Assembly: GCF_006345805.1 (NCBI RefSeq)
Contig: NC_043010.1
Coordinates: 23,622,001-23,686,000, forward strand
Length of the DNA: 64,000 nt
Direction: 5' to 3'
From: Octopus sinensis
Lineage: Eukaryota
Below the pieces are notes generated by a model, which was not told the origin of the DNA, searched no databases, and saw nothing but the letters and a program-made list of their open reading frames with translations. The translations under genes and the position numbers were made by a program. Every line of letters starts with the position of its first letter. Positions within the stretch are counted from its first letter, which is position 1. This document shows positions 36,227 through 49,499 of this stretch, piece by piece.

Positions 36227-39200
36227 AATTAATTTATATATGTGTGTGTGTGTGTGTGTGTATCTATATATAAATATGTATATATAATGTATATGTACGA
36301 AGTGTATATATCTGTATTTATATATATATATTTTTTTTTTTATATACGCACATACACATATACATACACACATACACACACACACACATACGTACATACA
36401 TACTTACATACATACATACACACACACACACATGCACACATACACGCATGCACACATACAAGCATACATACGCACACGCTTACAAGCATGTACACACACA
36501 TACATATATTTGTATCCAGGCGCACGCTTTTTAGTTGAGGGATTGATTGATGGAATTCGGGTTTTTTTGGTGTGGGTGCTTGTGAGTCCGCGGGCGCGCG
36601 CGCGCGCCTGGGGTGTGACCGGCCCCATATGCGTGCGTGTGTGTGTTGTGTGTGTGTGTGTGTTTGTGCGTATGTGTGTGTGTTTGTGCATATGTGTGTG
36701 TGTATACATACACACATACATGCATGCATGCACGCGCGCACGCATACATACTCTCACACACACTTACAAACATACACACATACATACATACACACATACA
36801 CACACACACATACATAACTACACACATACATACATACACACACACATACATACACAACATACATTACGCCCACACAACTCCGAGGAAACCCCACGCACAC
36901 ACGCATACATTCACACACACACACACAACATACGTACACATACATACATAAATACATTCATACTTTTCATTCATAAATACATACATACATACATACACAC
37001 ACACAAACATACACATACCAACACACATACATACATACACACATACATACAACATACATATATAACACACGCATACACACATACATTACACACACCACAC
37101 ATACACACCACATATACGCACATACACATAACATACAACACATGCATACACACACACATACATACGCACATGCATGCATACATACATACATACACACAAC
37201 ACACATACACACATACACGCATGCACACATACATACACACACACATGCCCGCATGCACACATACATACATACACACACACATACTTACATAGACACACAC
37301 TTACATACATACACACATATATACATACATACACACATACACACACACACACATACATACATACATACACACATACATACACGCACACACACATACACAC
37401 ACACACATACTTACATACACTCATACGGACATACATACACACAGACATACACACATACACACTCACACATACATACATACACACACACATACCTACATAC
37501 ACACTCGCACGCACACGCGCACACATGCATGCGCGCGCGCACTCACACATACATACATGCATGCACGCATGCCTGTGGGGTCTGGCTTTATTTCGGGCGT
37601 ACGTCGGAGCTTGTGCGTGTGTGCCTGTAGATTCACATGCGCCCGCACCGCAAGAGTCTTTTCCATCAATCTTTCAGTTGCGAAGTATGTCGTTGCATGC
37701 ATATATATACACACATATAAACATATAAACCACACATATAAACCCCTACATTTGTCACACACGCACCATACATACATACATTCACTCCCACGCACGTACA
37801 CACAGACATATACAATACACGCACGCACACATACACACGTACAAACACACTAATTCACATACACACCGACACATATACATACACACAACATATACCTCCA
37901 CGGGCACGCACACATACACATACGTACACACATATAAGCACAGACACACACATACATACGCACACCAAAACATGCGCACACATACGCACGCACACGCGCG
38001 AAAAAACCCACAACCCCACGGACACACGCATATACATCCATTTACGCTTACACACACACATACAAACGCACACATACACACACACAACTACACGCACATA
38101 CTTACACACGCACACGCACACACACACAAATGAACCCACACATACATCCCATACTGCACACAACCATACATACACGCACACACATACATACACGCACACA
38201 ATTAGACATACGTATATATACACGCACACGCACGTACAAGCACACACGCACACATACACTAAGTTAAGCACAGTTACTCGCCATACACACAAAAAAACGC
38301 ACACGTACACACACATACTACAACAAAAACAACACACGATACATATACACGCACACACATACCTCCTGTTTCTGACCTGCCTTTCTGACTGGCTAGTGTA
38401 CCCCACATCACTCCTTAATTCTACTACTGCTGCTACTAGCCATTGTCCACCATACACACTACACACACCACGCACACACCACACACACACACTTGTCATC
38501 TCGCACACCTTTTTTACCATTCCCTCTTTGATATAGCACTCTTGTTNNNNNNNNNNNNNNNNNNNNNNNNNNNNNNNNNNNNNNNNNNNNNNNNNNNNNN
38601 NNNNNNNNNNNNNNNNNNNNNNNNNNNNNNNNNNNNNNNNNNNNNNTACAGGGAAGCATGTTTGAGGCGCGGACTACTTGTCAATGACGACCACTTACAT
38701 AGGACATTAGCAGAGGCCAAATGAAATTAATTATATATGTGTGTGTGTGTGTGTGTATCTATATATAAATATGTATATATAATGTATATGTACGAAGTGT
38801 ATATATCTGTATTTATATATATATATATTTTTTTTTATATACGCACATACACATATACATACACACATACACACACACACACATACGTACATACATACTT
38901 ACATACATACATACACACACACACACATGCACACATACACGCATGCACACATACAAGCATACATACGCACACGCTTACAAGCATGTACACATACATACAT
39001 ATATTTGTATCCAGGCGCACGCTTTTTAGTTGAGGGATTGATTGATGGAATTCGGGTTTTTTTGGTGTGGGTGCTTGTGAGTCCGCGGGCGCGCGCGCGC
39101 GCCTGGGGTGTGACCGGCCCCATATGCGTGCGTGTGTGTGTTGTGTGTGTGTGTGTGTTTGTGCGTATGTGTGTGTGTTTGTGCATATGTGTGTGTGTAT

Positions 39201-41053
39201 ACATACACACATACATGCATGCATGCACGCGCGCACGCATACATACTCTCACACACACTTACAAACATACACACATACATACATACACACATACACACAC
39301 ACACATACATAACTACACACATACATACATACACACACACATACATACACAACATACATTACGCCCACACAACTCCAGAGGAAACCCCACGCACACACGC
39401 ATACATTCACACACACACACACACATACGTACACATACATACATACATACATTCATACTTTCATTCATACATACATACATACATACATACACACACACAA
39501 ACATACACATACCAACACACATACATACATACACACATACATACAACATACATATATAACACACGCATACACACATACATTACACACACCACACATACAC
39601 ACCACATATACGCACATACACATAACATACAACACATGCATACACACACACATACATACGCACATGCATGCATACATACATACATACACACACACACATA
39701 CACACATACACGCATGCACACATACATACACACACACATGCCCGCATGCACACATACATACATACACACACACATACTTACATAGACACACACTTACATA
39801 CATACACACATATATACATACATACACACATACACACACACACACATACATACATACATACACACATACATACACGCACACACACATACACACACACATA
39901 CTTACATACACTCATACGGACATACATACACACAGACATACACACATACACACTCACACATACATACATACACACACACATACCTACATACACACTCGCA
40001 CGCACACGCGCACACATGCATGCGCGCGCGCACTCACACATACATACATGCATGCACGCATGCCTGTGGGGTCTGGCTTTATTTCGGGCGTACGTCGGAG
40101 CTTGTGCGTGTGTGCCTGTAGATTCACATGCGCCCGCACCGCAAGAGTCTTTTCCATCAATCTTTCAGTTGCGAAGTATGTCGTTGCATGCATATATATA
40201 CACACATATAAACATATAAACCACACATATAAACCCCTACATTTGTCACACACGCACCATACATACATACATTCACTCCCACGCACGTACACACAGACAT
40301 ACAAGATTATACAATACACGCACGCACACATACACACGTACAAAACACACTAATTCACATACACACCGACACATATACTAACACACAAAACATATACCTC
40401 CACGGGCACGCACACATACACATACGTACACACATATAAGCACAGCCACCACATACATACGCAACCAAAACATGCGCACACATACGCACGCACACGCGCG
40501 AAAAAACCCCAAACCCACGGACACACGCATATACATCCATTTACGCTTACACACACCACATACAAACGCAACACACATACACACACACAACTACACGCAC
40601 ATACTTACACACGCACACGCACACACACACAAATGAACCCACACATACATCCCATACTGCACACAACCATACATACACGCACACACATACATACACGCAC
40701 ACAATTAGACATACGTATATATACACGCACACGCACGTACAAGCACACACGCACACATACACTAAGTTAAGCACAGTTACTCGCCATACACACAAAAAAA
40801 CGCACACGTACACACACATACTACAACAAAACACACACACGATACATATACACGCACACACATACCTCCCTGTTTCTGACCTGCCTTTCTGACTGGCTAG
40901 TGTACCCCCACATCACTCCTTAATTCTACTACTGCCTGCTACTAGCCATTGTCCACCATACACACATACACACACACGCACACACCCACACACACACACT
41001 TGTCATCTCGCACACCTTTTTTACCATTCCCTCTTTGATATAGCACTCTTGTT
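36146..41053. repeat. ~2.4-kb direct duplication across a 100-N gap
   Basis: 36146-38546 repeats as 38647-41053; Ns at 38547-38646; differences are mostly small indels. Confidence 0.9.
36230..38500. repeat. Degenerate (CA)n/(CATA)n compound tract with embedded unique segments
   Basis: Directly visible; repeated at 38730-41000. Confidence 0.85.
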
Positions 41054-41096
41054 TTTAAAAACATTTTTCTCCATTTTTACCACTTCCGTCTTTTAG

Positions 41097-41294
41097 TATG
41101 TGACCTCGTGAATACCACCGGCGATTTTTTCCTCTGTCCTCCCATCTTGGGATCTTTCCTTCTCCTTGTTTCCGACGAAGAGCTCCGCTCGAAAGGTCAA
41201 ACCCTCCTTCTTCCCTTCTTTCCTGAGCGTCCAATAATACTTTATTTGTTCCACATCCTTGCGTTGTTGTCTTTTTGTTTTCTTGTTTGGATTA

Positions 41295-41300
<6 letters not shown>
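41097..41300 (+). mobile_element. PLE terminal repeat with HHR motif at 41168-41202
   Basis: GTTT-CCGACGA-A-GAGC-TCC-GCTC-GAAAG-GTC-AAAC; ends in (TA)n. Confidence 0.7.
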
Positions 41301-41329
<29 letters not shown>

Positions 41330-41378
41330 GTACATACATACATACATACATACATACATACATACATACATACATACA

Positions 41379-41411
<33 letters not shown>

Positions 41412-41417
41412 TTATAT

Positions 41418-41448
<31 letters not shown>

Positions 41449-41514
41449 TACATTTATATATATATATGTATGTGCGTCTGTATATAAATATATTTATATT
41501 TATATATATATACA

Positions 41515-42502
41515 TACATACATCCCTGTGTACACTTGTCGATGTCGTGTCGGTCGAGTAAATAACGTTCTTGTTTGTCTTCGTATAAATAATGAAGCTT
41601 CGATTCTTTCGCTGCTTCTGATACTGCCGCCACTGTTGTAGCTGCTGCTGCTACTCACGCTGTCTATCATATGAATGTGTTGCTACGTTTGATAGAAACA
41701 AGAGCATTTTAATAGAAACTTCTTCAAACATTGAACCTGTTTGATTCAAGCAACACAATTTAATATCATTTTCCTATGTTATCATATCTGCTAATAGTTC
41801 TCGGCCGAAACGTTGCTCCATATATTTGTGGCTATATCCGAATGTTCGTACGAAACGCTGTAACTAATTGTTAGTATTTGGTTAGTGTTCGTTTATTATT
41901 TCGTTTTCCCTTTCTTCTTTTTTTTTCTTCTTCTCTTCTTCTTCTTCTTCTTCTTCTTCTTCTTCTTCTTCTCCTTCTCTTCTTCTTCTTCTTCTTCTTC
42001 TTCTTCTTCTTTCTTCTTCTTCTTCTTCTTCTTCTTCTTCTTCTTCTTCTTCTTCTTCTTTTTCTTTTCTTCTTCTTCTCTTCTTCTTCTTCTTTCTTTT
42101 CTTTTTGTTTCTTCTTCTCTTTATTCTCTCAGATCAGTAATTTCGATAATTCGGCTAACTCTTAAGGAAGCTCAATTTCTCCACTATTACATTTAGTCAA
42201 CATCGGTTCAAATATATTCCATCAGATGTTAATACGTAGTTTAAAGTTAATAGTATGAAGTTATTACAAGACCTCAATCACTCTCAACAGTTTGATCTTT
42301 CACGCATAAACACACACACACAAAACACGCAAACATACACACACACTCAAAAACACGCACAAATACACATACGCACATATACTGTATATAACCAGAGAAA
42401 AAATGAAACATCACAGTGAGACCCACACACATACGTATGCATATATACATGTATATGTATATCTATATATGTATATACACATATATACATATATATATAT
42501 TA

Positions 42503-42537
<35 letters not shown>

Positions 42538-43227
42538 TATATATATACGGATACACACGCATATATATGTGTTCGTGCGCACATGTGTTTATCTCTATAT
42601 ATGTATGTATATATATATGTACGTGCATATTATAATATGTATGTGTATTTCCATGTGAGTGTGGTGTGTGTGCGTGTTTTTGAGTACAACGCGCATTTTA
42701 AACAGTCGCTTTGATGTTTCAGCGTCCATGCTTCCAGTTTTTAACTGTTTAACATCACGAGAATAAAAATGCGATAGCATCATTTATGCCATACATAGAT
42801 GGTATTTTATACATTTTACACACACACACACGCCACACACAGAAACACAACATACATAGACATACCCAAATACATGCACACACAACATACCACCACATCT
42901 CTATAATCATTTTTTTCTCTTTAATATTTTTTCAATAACATTTTCAAACATTTAACCTCCTCTTGATACCCCCTTTTTCGCAGCTTTTGAACCAGTGATC
43001 GATATGATGATAATAATAATGATGATGATGATAATAAAATAATAATAATAATAATATAATAAAATAATAATAATATAATAATAATCTTTATTGGCCCCTG
43101 AGACCTACCGTAAAACAGTAGCGTTGCAAAATATGTGATGTATTCCGACATATATAAATACAGGAATATGTATATATCTTTTTATATTGTATATAGATAT
43201 ATATATGTATAGATATATATATATATG

Positions 43228-43286
<59 letters not shown>

Positions 43287-44229
43287 ATAATATATTATAT
43301 ATTATATATATATACATACATACATCCCTGTGTACACTTGTCGATGTCGTGTCGGTCGAGTAAAATAACTTCTTTTTGTCTTCGTATAAATAATGAAGCT
43401 TCGATTCTTTCGCTGCTTCTGATACTGCCGCCACTGTTGTAGCTGCTGCTGCTACTCACGCTGTCTATCATATGAATGTGTTGCTACGTTTGATAGAAAC
43501 AAGAGCATTTTAATAGAAACTTCTTCAAACATTGAACCTGTTTGATTCAAGCAACACAATTTAATATCATTTTCCTATGTTATCATATCTGCTAATAGTT
43601 CTCGGCCGAAACGTTGCTCCATATATTTGTGGCTATATCCGAATGTTCGTACGAAACGCTGTAACTAATTGTTAGTATTTGGTTGTGTTCGTTTTATTTT
43701 CGTTTTCCCTTTCTTTCGTCTTTCTTTTTTTCTTCTTCTCTTCTTCTTCTTCTTCTTCTCTTCTTCTTCTTCTTCTCCTTCTCTTCTTCTTCTTCTTCTT
43801 CTTCTTCTTCTTCTTCTTCTTCTTCTTCTTCTTCTTCTTCTTCTTCTTCTTCTTCTTCTTCTTTTTCTATTCTCTCAGATCAGTAATTTCGATGAAAATT
43901 CGGCTAACATCTTAAGGAAGCTCAATTTCTCCACTATTACATTTAGTCAACATCGGTTCAAATATATTCCATCAGATGTTAATACGTAGTTTAAAGTTAA
44001 TAGTATGAAGTTATTACAAGACCTCAATCACTCTCAACAGTTTGATCTTTCACGCATAAAACACACACACACAAAACACGCAAACATACACACACACTCA
44101 AAAACACGCACAAATACACATACGCACATATACTGTATATATAACCAGAGAAAAATGAAACATCACAAGTGAGACCACACACATACGTATGCCTATACAT
44201 GTATTATATATCTATATATGTATATACAC

Positions 44230-44276
<47 letters not shown>

Positions 44277-44772
44277 TATATATATACGGATACACACGCA
44301 TATATATGTGTTCGTGCGCACATGTGTTTATCTCTATATATATGTATATATATATATGTACGTGCATATATATATATGTATGTGTGTATTTCCATGTGAG
44401 TGTGTGTGTGTGTGCGTGTTTTTGAGTACAACGCGCATTTTAAACAGTCGCTTTGATGTTTCAGCGTCCATGCTTCCAGTTTTTAACTGTTTAACATCAC
44501 GAGAATAAAAATGCGATAGCATCATTTATGCCATACATAGATGGTATTTTATACATTTTACACACACACACACGCACACACAGAAACACACACATACATA
44601 GACATACCCAAATACATGCACACACACACATACACACATCTCTATAATCATTTTCTTTCTCTTTAATATTTTTTCAATAACATTTTCAAACATTTAACCT
44701 CCTCTTGATACCCCCTTTTTCGCAGCTTTTGAACCAGTGATCGATATGATGATAATAATAATGATGATGATG

Positions 44773-44831
<59 letters not shown>

Positions 44832-44908
44832 TCTTTATTGGCCCCTGAGACCTACCGTAAAACAGTAGCGTTGCAAAATATGTGATGTATTCCGACATAT
44901 ATAAATAC
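41515..44908. repeat. ~1.8-kb tandem duplication (41515-43161 / 43317-44908)
   Basis: Same order of unique blocks and microsatellites in both copies; differences dominated by indels. Confidence 0.9.
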
Positions 44909-44924
44909 ATGTATATATGTATAT

Positions 44925-45007
<83 letters not shown>

Positions 45008-45070
45008 TATATTATATATATATATGTGTGTGTATATATATATATATATATTTATAGATATATATTATAT

Positions 45071-45128
<58 letters not shown>

Positions 45129-45423
45129 GTTTATATTTGCAAACATACATACATCCTATATGCCTACATACATGAATACATACATATATAGAAACATACG
45201 TGCATACGTATATGAAAGATGAGTAAAACGTGTTACAACAGGGAAAACACGTTAAACATTTGAATACACTATCCATATGAAGCAACCACCAAGGATTTTA
45301 AGCCGTCCTCTATTGAGGGTCAAGGTACCTGATCACCATGCATTTTTTTCGTTTTATCTTCCCACTTCAGTTCTCTGCCAATACTGAAAAACTGCCTAAT
45401 ATCACGTATGTCACCATCTGTAC

Positions 45424-45555
45424 CTGTTTCTTCAGAAATTTGATAAAAGGCTGAACATACTTTTCATCTTCGAGTTGAATTTTAGTTGCAAATGTGAGAT
45501 AGCTTAGAGACAGACACATTGGCTCGGGAACAAGGATGCGGAAGTGTTCTTGCAC
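45424..45555 (-). CDS. Candidate internal exon (132 nt, phase 0-0), product unknown
   Basis: Minus strand acceptor CATATTTTTGCAG|, donor CAG|GTACAG; open frame VQEHFRILVPEPMCLSLSYLTFATKIQLEDEKYVQPFIKFLKKQ; no homology recognised. Confidence 0.2.
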
Positions 45556-45698
45556 CTGCAAAAATATGGGTGGCGGATGCGCAATAAAAATGTAATGAAA
45601 ACTTCACACCAAATATAGAAATAGTTTTGGATTGATTGAAAACATTATTTTTCTACTATTGGTTTCATTTTATTTGATTTATGCATAATTTAATTACA

Positions 45699-45760
<62 letters not shown>

Positions 45761-45912
45761 CTTTGCGCAGCTTCTAACGCTGGAGATGTACTACGATATC
45801 AGCTGTTCACTACTAGTGAACTAAGGTAACACCCCTTATTTTTCGAGCACCATCTGGAGTATTCGAACGGTTCCAAGCAGTGCTGTTTTCTGCAATTACT
45901 TCACCCTTATTG
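45761..45912 (-). mobile_element. R4-like LINE 3' stub inside (ATT)n
   Basis: Minus strand LQKTALLGTVRILQMVLE, short 3' UTR, (AAT)n tail; (ATT)n on both sides. Confidence 0.7.
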
Positions 45913-46020
<108 letters not shown>

Positions 46021-46033
46021 CATTATTATTATT

Positions 46034-46069
<36 letters not shown>

Positions 46070-47218
46070 CTTGTTTTGTTTTGATATTAAGATTAAAAAA
46101 CAAAATCAACCTTGCTTGTAAAAATATTTTGGACCTAGGCTTGCACCTGCTAAGCAAGTTACGTGCAGGCACTCAAAGATAGATAGTGCCCTGGTCGCTA
46201 CTTGTAACCCCATAAACCCATTTCGTTGGCAAACAAAATGGCAATTGTTTAATTCTTATAAGGGAGTCGGTCAGCTGCCAAATTCCAGTATCAGTAATAG
46301 AGTCATTAACTCGTCCAATGCAAATATATCTCTGACAAACATTAGACAATTCCCATTTCGGAGCAAGTCGAAATTTTGACAATTTTCCATAGAGAAATAG
46401 CAGTACATCAATGCCTTGTTTACCCATTTTGCAAAAAGTACCTCGGGCTGCTAGGTATGGTATTTCATATTGAATCCTTTCACTTCCAATATTATTCCTG
46501 CTTTTGGGAGGTGAATGAAATTTTTATCATCTTTCCCATTCCTTTCGTATGAGTCTAAGTTCATAACCTAAGTTACTAACTGTTTCATCAGCAATAGAGA
46601 AGCTGGAAAAGAAACGTTTACTTAGAAGATCGTAAATTTAAAAACCATTATTGAAACTGCAAATGGTGAGATCTATAAGAAAGACGTTATTTTCTCTCTA
46701 TGGATATTTTGTTCTCAAATACTCTGAATTTCTCGAAATTTTGCCAAAAGATATTTGGATTTACCTGTTTACCTGCTACGGGTGATGATTTATCTGAGAT
46801 TTGTATTCTACTTAGATTTACTGGTGTCAAATTGGTGAACATTGGTAACAAAATTCTTTCAATACTGAGGGCCTTATTGATTTCTGCCAGGATTTTTTAA
46901 ATCCCCCTCTTTTTTCATCTGACTTATATATATATATATATATAAAAATTTTGCAATTAAGGACAACTACTTAATAAGGAAAACTTAACAAGAAATTGTC
47001 AGGTAGATAGCGTAAAAACCTCATAAGAGAAAAAATTTCGAAAATAATTATTTCTTATTGAACATATTAATTTATATATAGAGGGCATTATTATACATAC
47101 ATGCCAGGAGGCATTATATATACATGCCAAACGCTAAGAGGGACAATCAGTCATTTCTACCAAAAATATTACTAATCCCACCGAATGCAATTTTTCAAAG
47201 TAAGACATTTAAAAATAT

Positions 47219-47266
47219 AGGCCTGTATCACAGTGATTTCATACTTACGTAATCATCAGCAGGCCT
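47219..47266 (-). ncRNA. Type I hammerhead ribozyme, array copy 1
   Basis: AGGCCTG-CTGATGA-TTAC-GTAA-GTAT-GAAA-TCACTGTG-ATA-CAGGCCT: 7-bp stem I, GNRA loop II, stem III ATCA/TGAT, AUA site. Confidence 0.8.
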
Positions 47267-47692
47267 GAATGTATTATAAATAAACAACGACCCTGCCTCG
47301 CTTAAGCCGATCAGCTAACTGATCAACATCAACGAGCATATGGGTGAGTTTATATATATTACATCCGGGTGAATGGCAAACTTTTACAAATTGCATTTCG
47401 GGAGGAAAAGTTTTTTCGGAATAAAAATTTTGCAATTAAGGACAACTACTTAATAAGGAAAACTTAACAAGAAATTGTCAGGTAGATAGCGTAAAAACCT
47501 CATAAGAGAAAAAATTTCGAAAATAATATTTCTTATTGACATATTAATTTATATATAGAGGCATTATTATACATACATGCCAGGAGGCATTATATATACA
47601 TGCCAAACGCTAAGAGGGACAATCAGTCATTTCTACCAAAAATATTACAATCCCACCGAATGCAATTTTTAAAGTAAGACATTTAAAAATAT

Positions 47693-47740
47693 AGGCCTGT
47701 ATCACAGTGATTTCATACTTACGTAATCATCAGCAGGCCT
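47693..47740 (-). ncRNA. Type I hammerhead ribozyme, array copy 2
   Basis: Identical (48/48 nt) to 47219-47266. Confidence 0.8.
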
Positions 47741-48102
47741 GAATGTATTATAAATAAACAACGACCCTGCCTCGCTTAAGCCGATCAGCTAACTGATCAA
47801 CATCAACGAAGCACATGGGTGAGTATGTATATTACATCGGGGTGAATGGAAACTTTTACAAATTGCATTGCGGGAGAGAGAGGAAAAGTTTTTTCGGAAT
47901 AAAAATTTTGCAATTAAGGACAACTACTTAATAAGGAAAACTTAACAAGAAATTGTCAGGTAGATAGCGTAAAAACCTCATAAGAGAAAAAATTTCGAAA
48001 ATAATTATTTCTTATTGAACATATTAATTTGTATATAGAGGGCATTATTATACATACATGCCAGGAGGCATTATATATACATGCCAAACGCTAAGAGGGA
48101 CA

Positions 48103-48230
48103 GAATAAGTACTAGCCTTACAAAAATAAGTGCTGGGGTCGATTTGTAGACTAAAGCCTGTGCTCTAGCATGGCCGTTGTCAAAACGACTGAAACAAAGA
48201 AAAGTAAAAACGTATATATACCATAAAGGA
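48103..48230 (+). mobile_element. SINE 3' fragment (family of 12133)
   Basis: GAATAAGTACTAG...GGGGTCGATTTG...AGCATGGCC...GACTGAAACAAAG. Confidence 0.75.
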
Positions 48231-48778
48231 ATAGGGATACCGGACAGATACCTTCAGCTCGCTTGAAAAACTGTAGTGGTGACTCCTTGAATAAGCTGCA
48301 TGGACATGGATAGATATACCCTGGATCAGCATATGGTGCAATTGAACAAAACGGATGCAACGGACGAACACATCGTAGGATATCTATGCAGTAAAAACAC
48401 GTTCGCAACGAGATTTCAAGAGAATGTATTGTATATGAAACTGTAATAAGCATGCTTTTGAGGATGTATAATTCTCCGTTATATTTAATGTCTCGTATAT
48501 ATGTATGTATGCATGTATGTATGTATGTATATATATAGAATAAACCTTTACATATATAAATAACGTGAAATACACGAAGGGACGAACATAAGAGACAGAC
48601 GGGTCATTCAAAGTTTTCGTTCTTCAGTCAGAAACCGATTCATCATCGCAGATTTCGGCTGTTTAATTCTGAGATCTGCTCTGAATCGGCCAGCCCCAGA
48701 AGGAAAGAATGCAACGCAACAGAGACGAACATGAAACGAAAAAATCTTTTTTGAAGACAGTAACGGTAAAAAACAAGG

Positions 48779-48931
48779 ATGACACAGGCGCCCTACGGCT
48801 TTGAGACAAAAGGAGACACAAAAACAATTTATCAGCAAGCGTGGAAAAATAATTACCTTTTCGGTGAAGAGACACATGTTGAACAAGCGGCCGTTGGCAA
48901 CGGAATGGCTGAGGCAGCAAGTCGCAAGAGG
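48779..48931 (+). CDS. Candidate first coding exon, product unknown
   Basis: ATG at 48779 (or GGAATGG at 48905) is open to AGG|GTAAGA at 48931/48932: MTQAPYGFETKGDTKTIYQQAWKNNYLFGEETHVEQAAVGNGMAEAASRKR; non-repetitive, CpG-containing context. Confidence 0.3.
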
Positions 48932-49424
48932 GTAAGAGAGAGAAGGGGGTAAGAGAGAGGGAAAGAGGGACAGAGAGAGAGGGGACAAAGGAGGGTGGAA
49001 GGCTGGGGACAGAAGCAGTGACCAAGATATATATATGTATGTGTGTGTGTGTGTATGTGTGTGTATGTATGTATGTATGTATGTATGTAGTATATAAAAT
49101 TAGTATAAACAGCAGTTTGCGATGTTTCATCAAAAAGGAGATTTATGATTGTCATTAAATGTAACTAGGATGTTAGGGAACATCTACATTGCTAGAAATA
49201 AGAGCTAAAATGCTCTAATTGTGTAGTTAAGGCACTTGAATGAAAACACATACACTAACAGGGCCCACAATCCTCTGAAAAATGCCGACCAGACGTTCTT
49301 AAGAATGACGTCAGTTTCGGCAATTTCTGTCACCATCACCATATATTTATACATATATTTATATATTTACTCATGTAAATACATAATATATATGTATATA
49401 TATATGTATATATATCTGTATTAT

Positions 49425-49471
<47 letters not shown>

Positions 49472-49499
49472 TATATATATATATATATAATATAATATT

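Larger units (their letters stand above)
46943..48102 (-). repeat. Head-to-tail tandem array of a ~479-bp HHR-containing unit, 2.4 copies (retrozyme-like)
   Basis: Units start at 46943, 47422 and 47900; no ORF; minus-strand 3' end runs into (TA)n. Confidence 0.9.

Noticed and set aside
41785-41870. GAAAC-GTT / GAAAC-GCT-GTA half-motifs (similar at 11990-12050, 33060-33140, 49310-49350, 60770-60815)
   Set aside because: The 5' core or stem I cannot be matched; at best heavily decayed HHRs.
46173-46427. 84-aa ORF in unique-looking sequence
   Set aside because: No recognisable domain; a similar-length open frame exists on the opposite strand, so coding cannot be assigned.
48630-48662. Kinase-like FIIADFGC motif after an AG acceptor
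   Set aside because: The frame closes after ~34 codons with no other kinase motifs.
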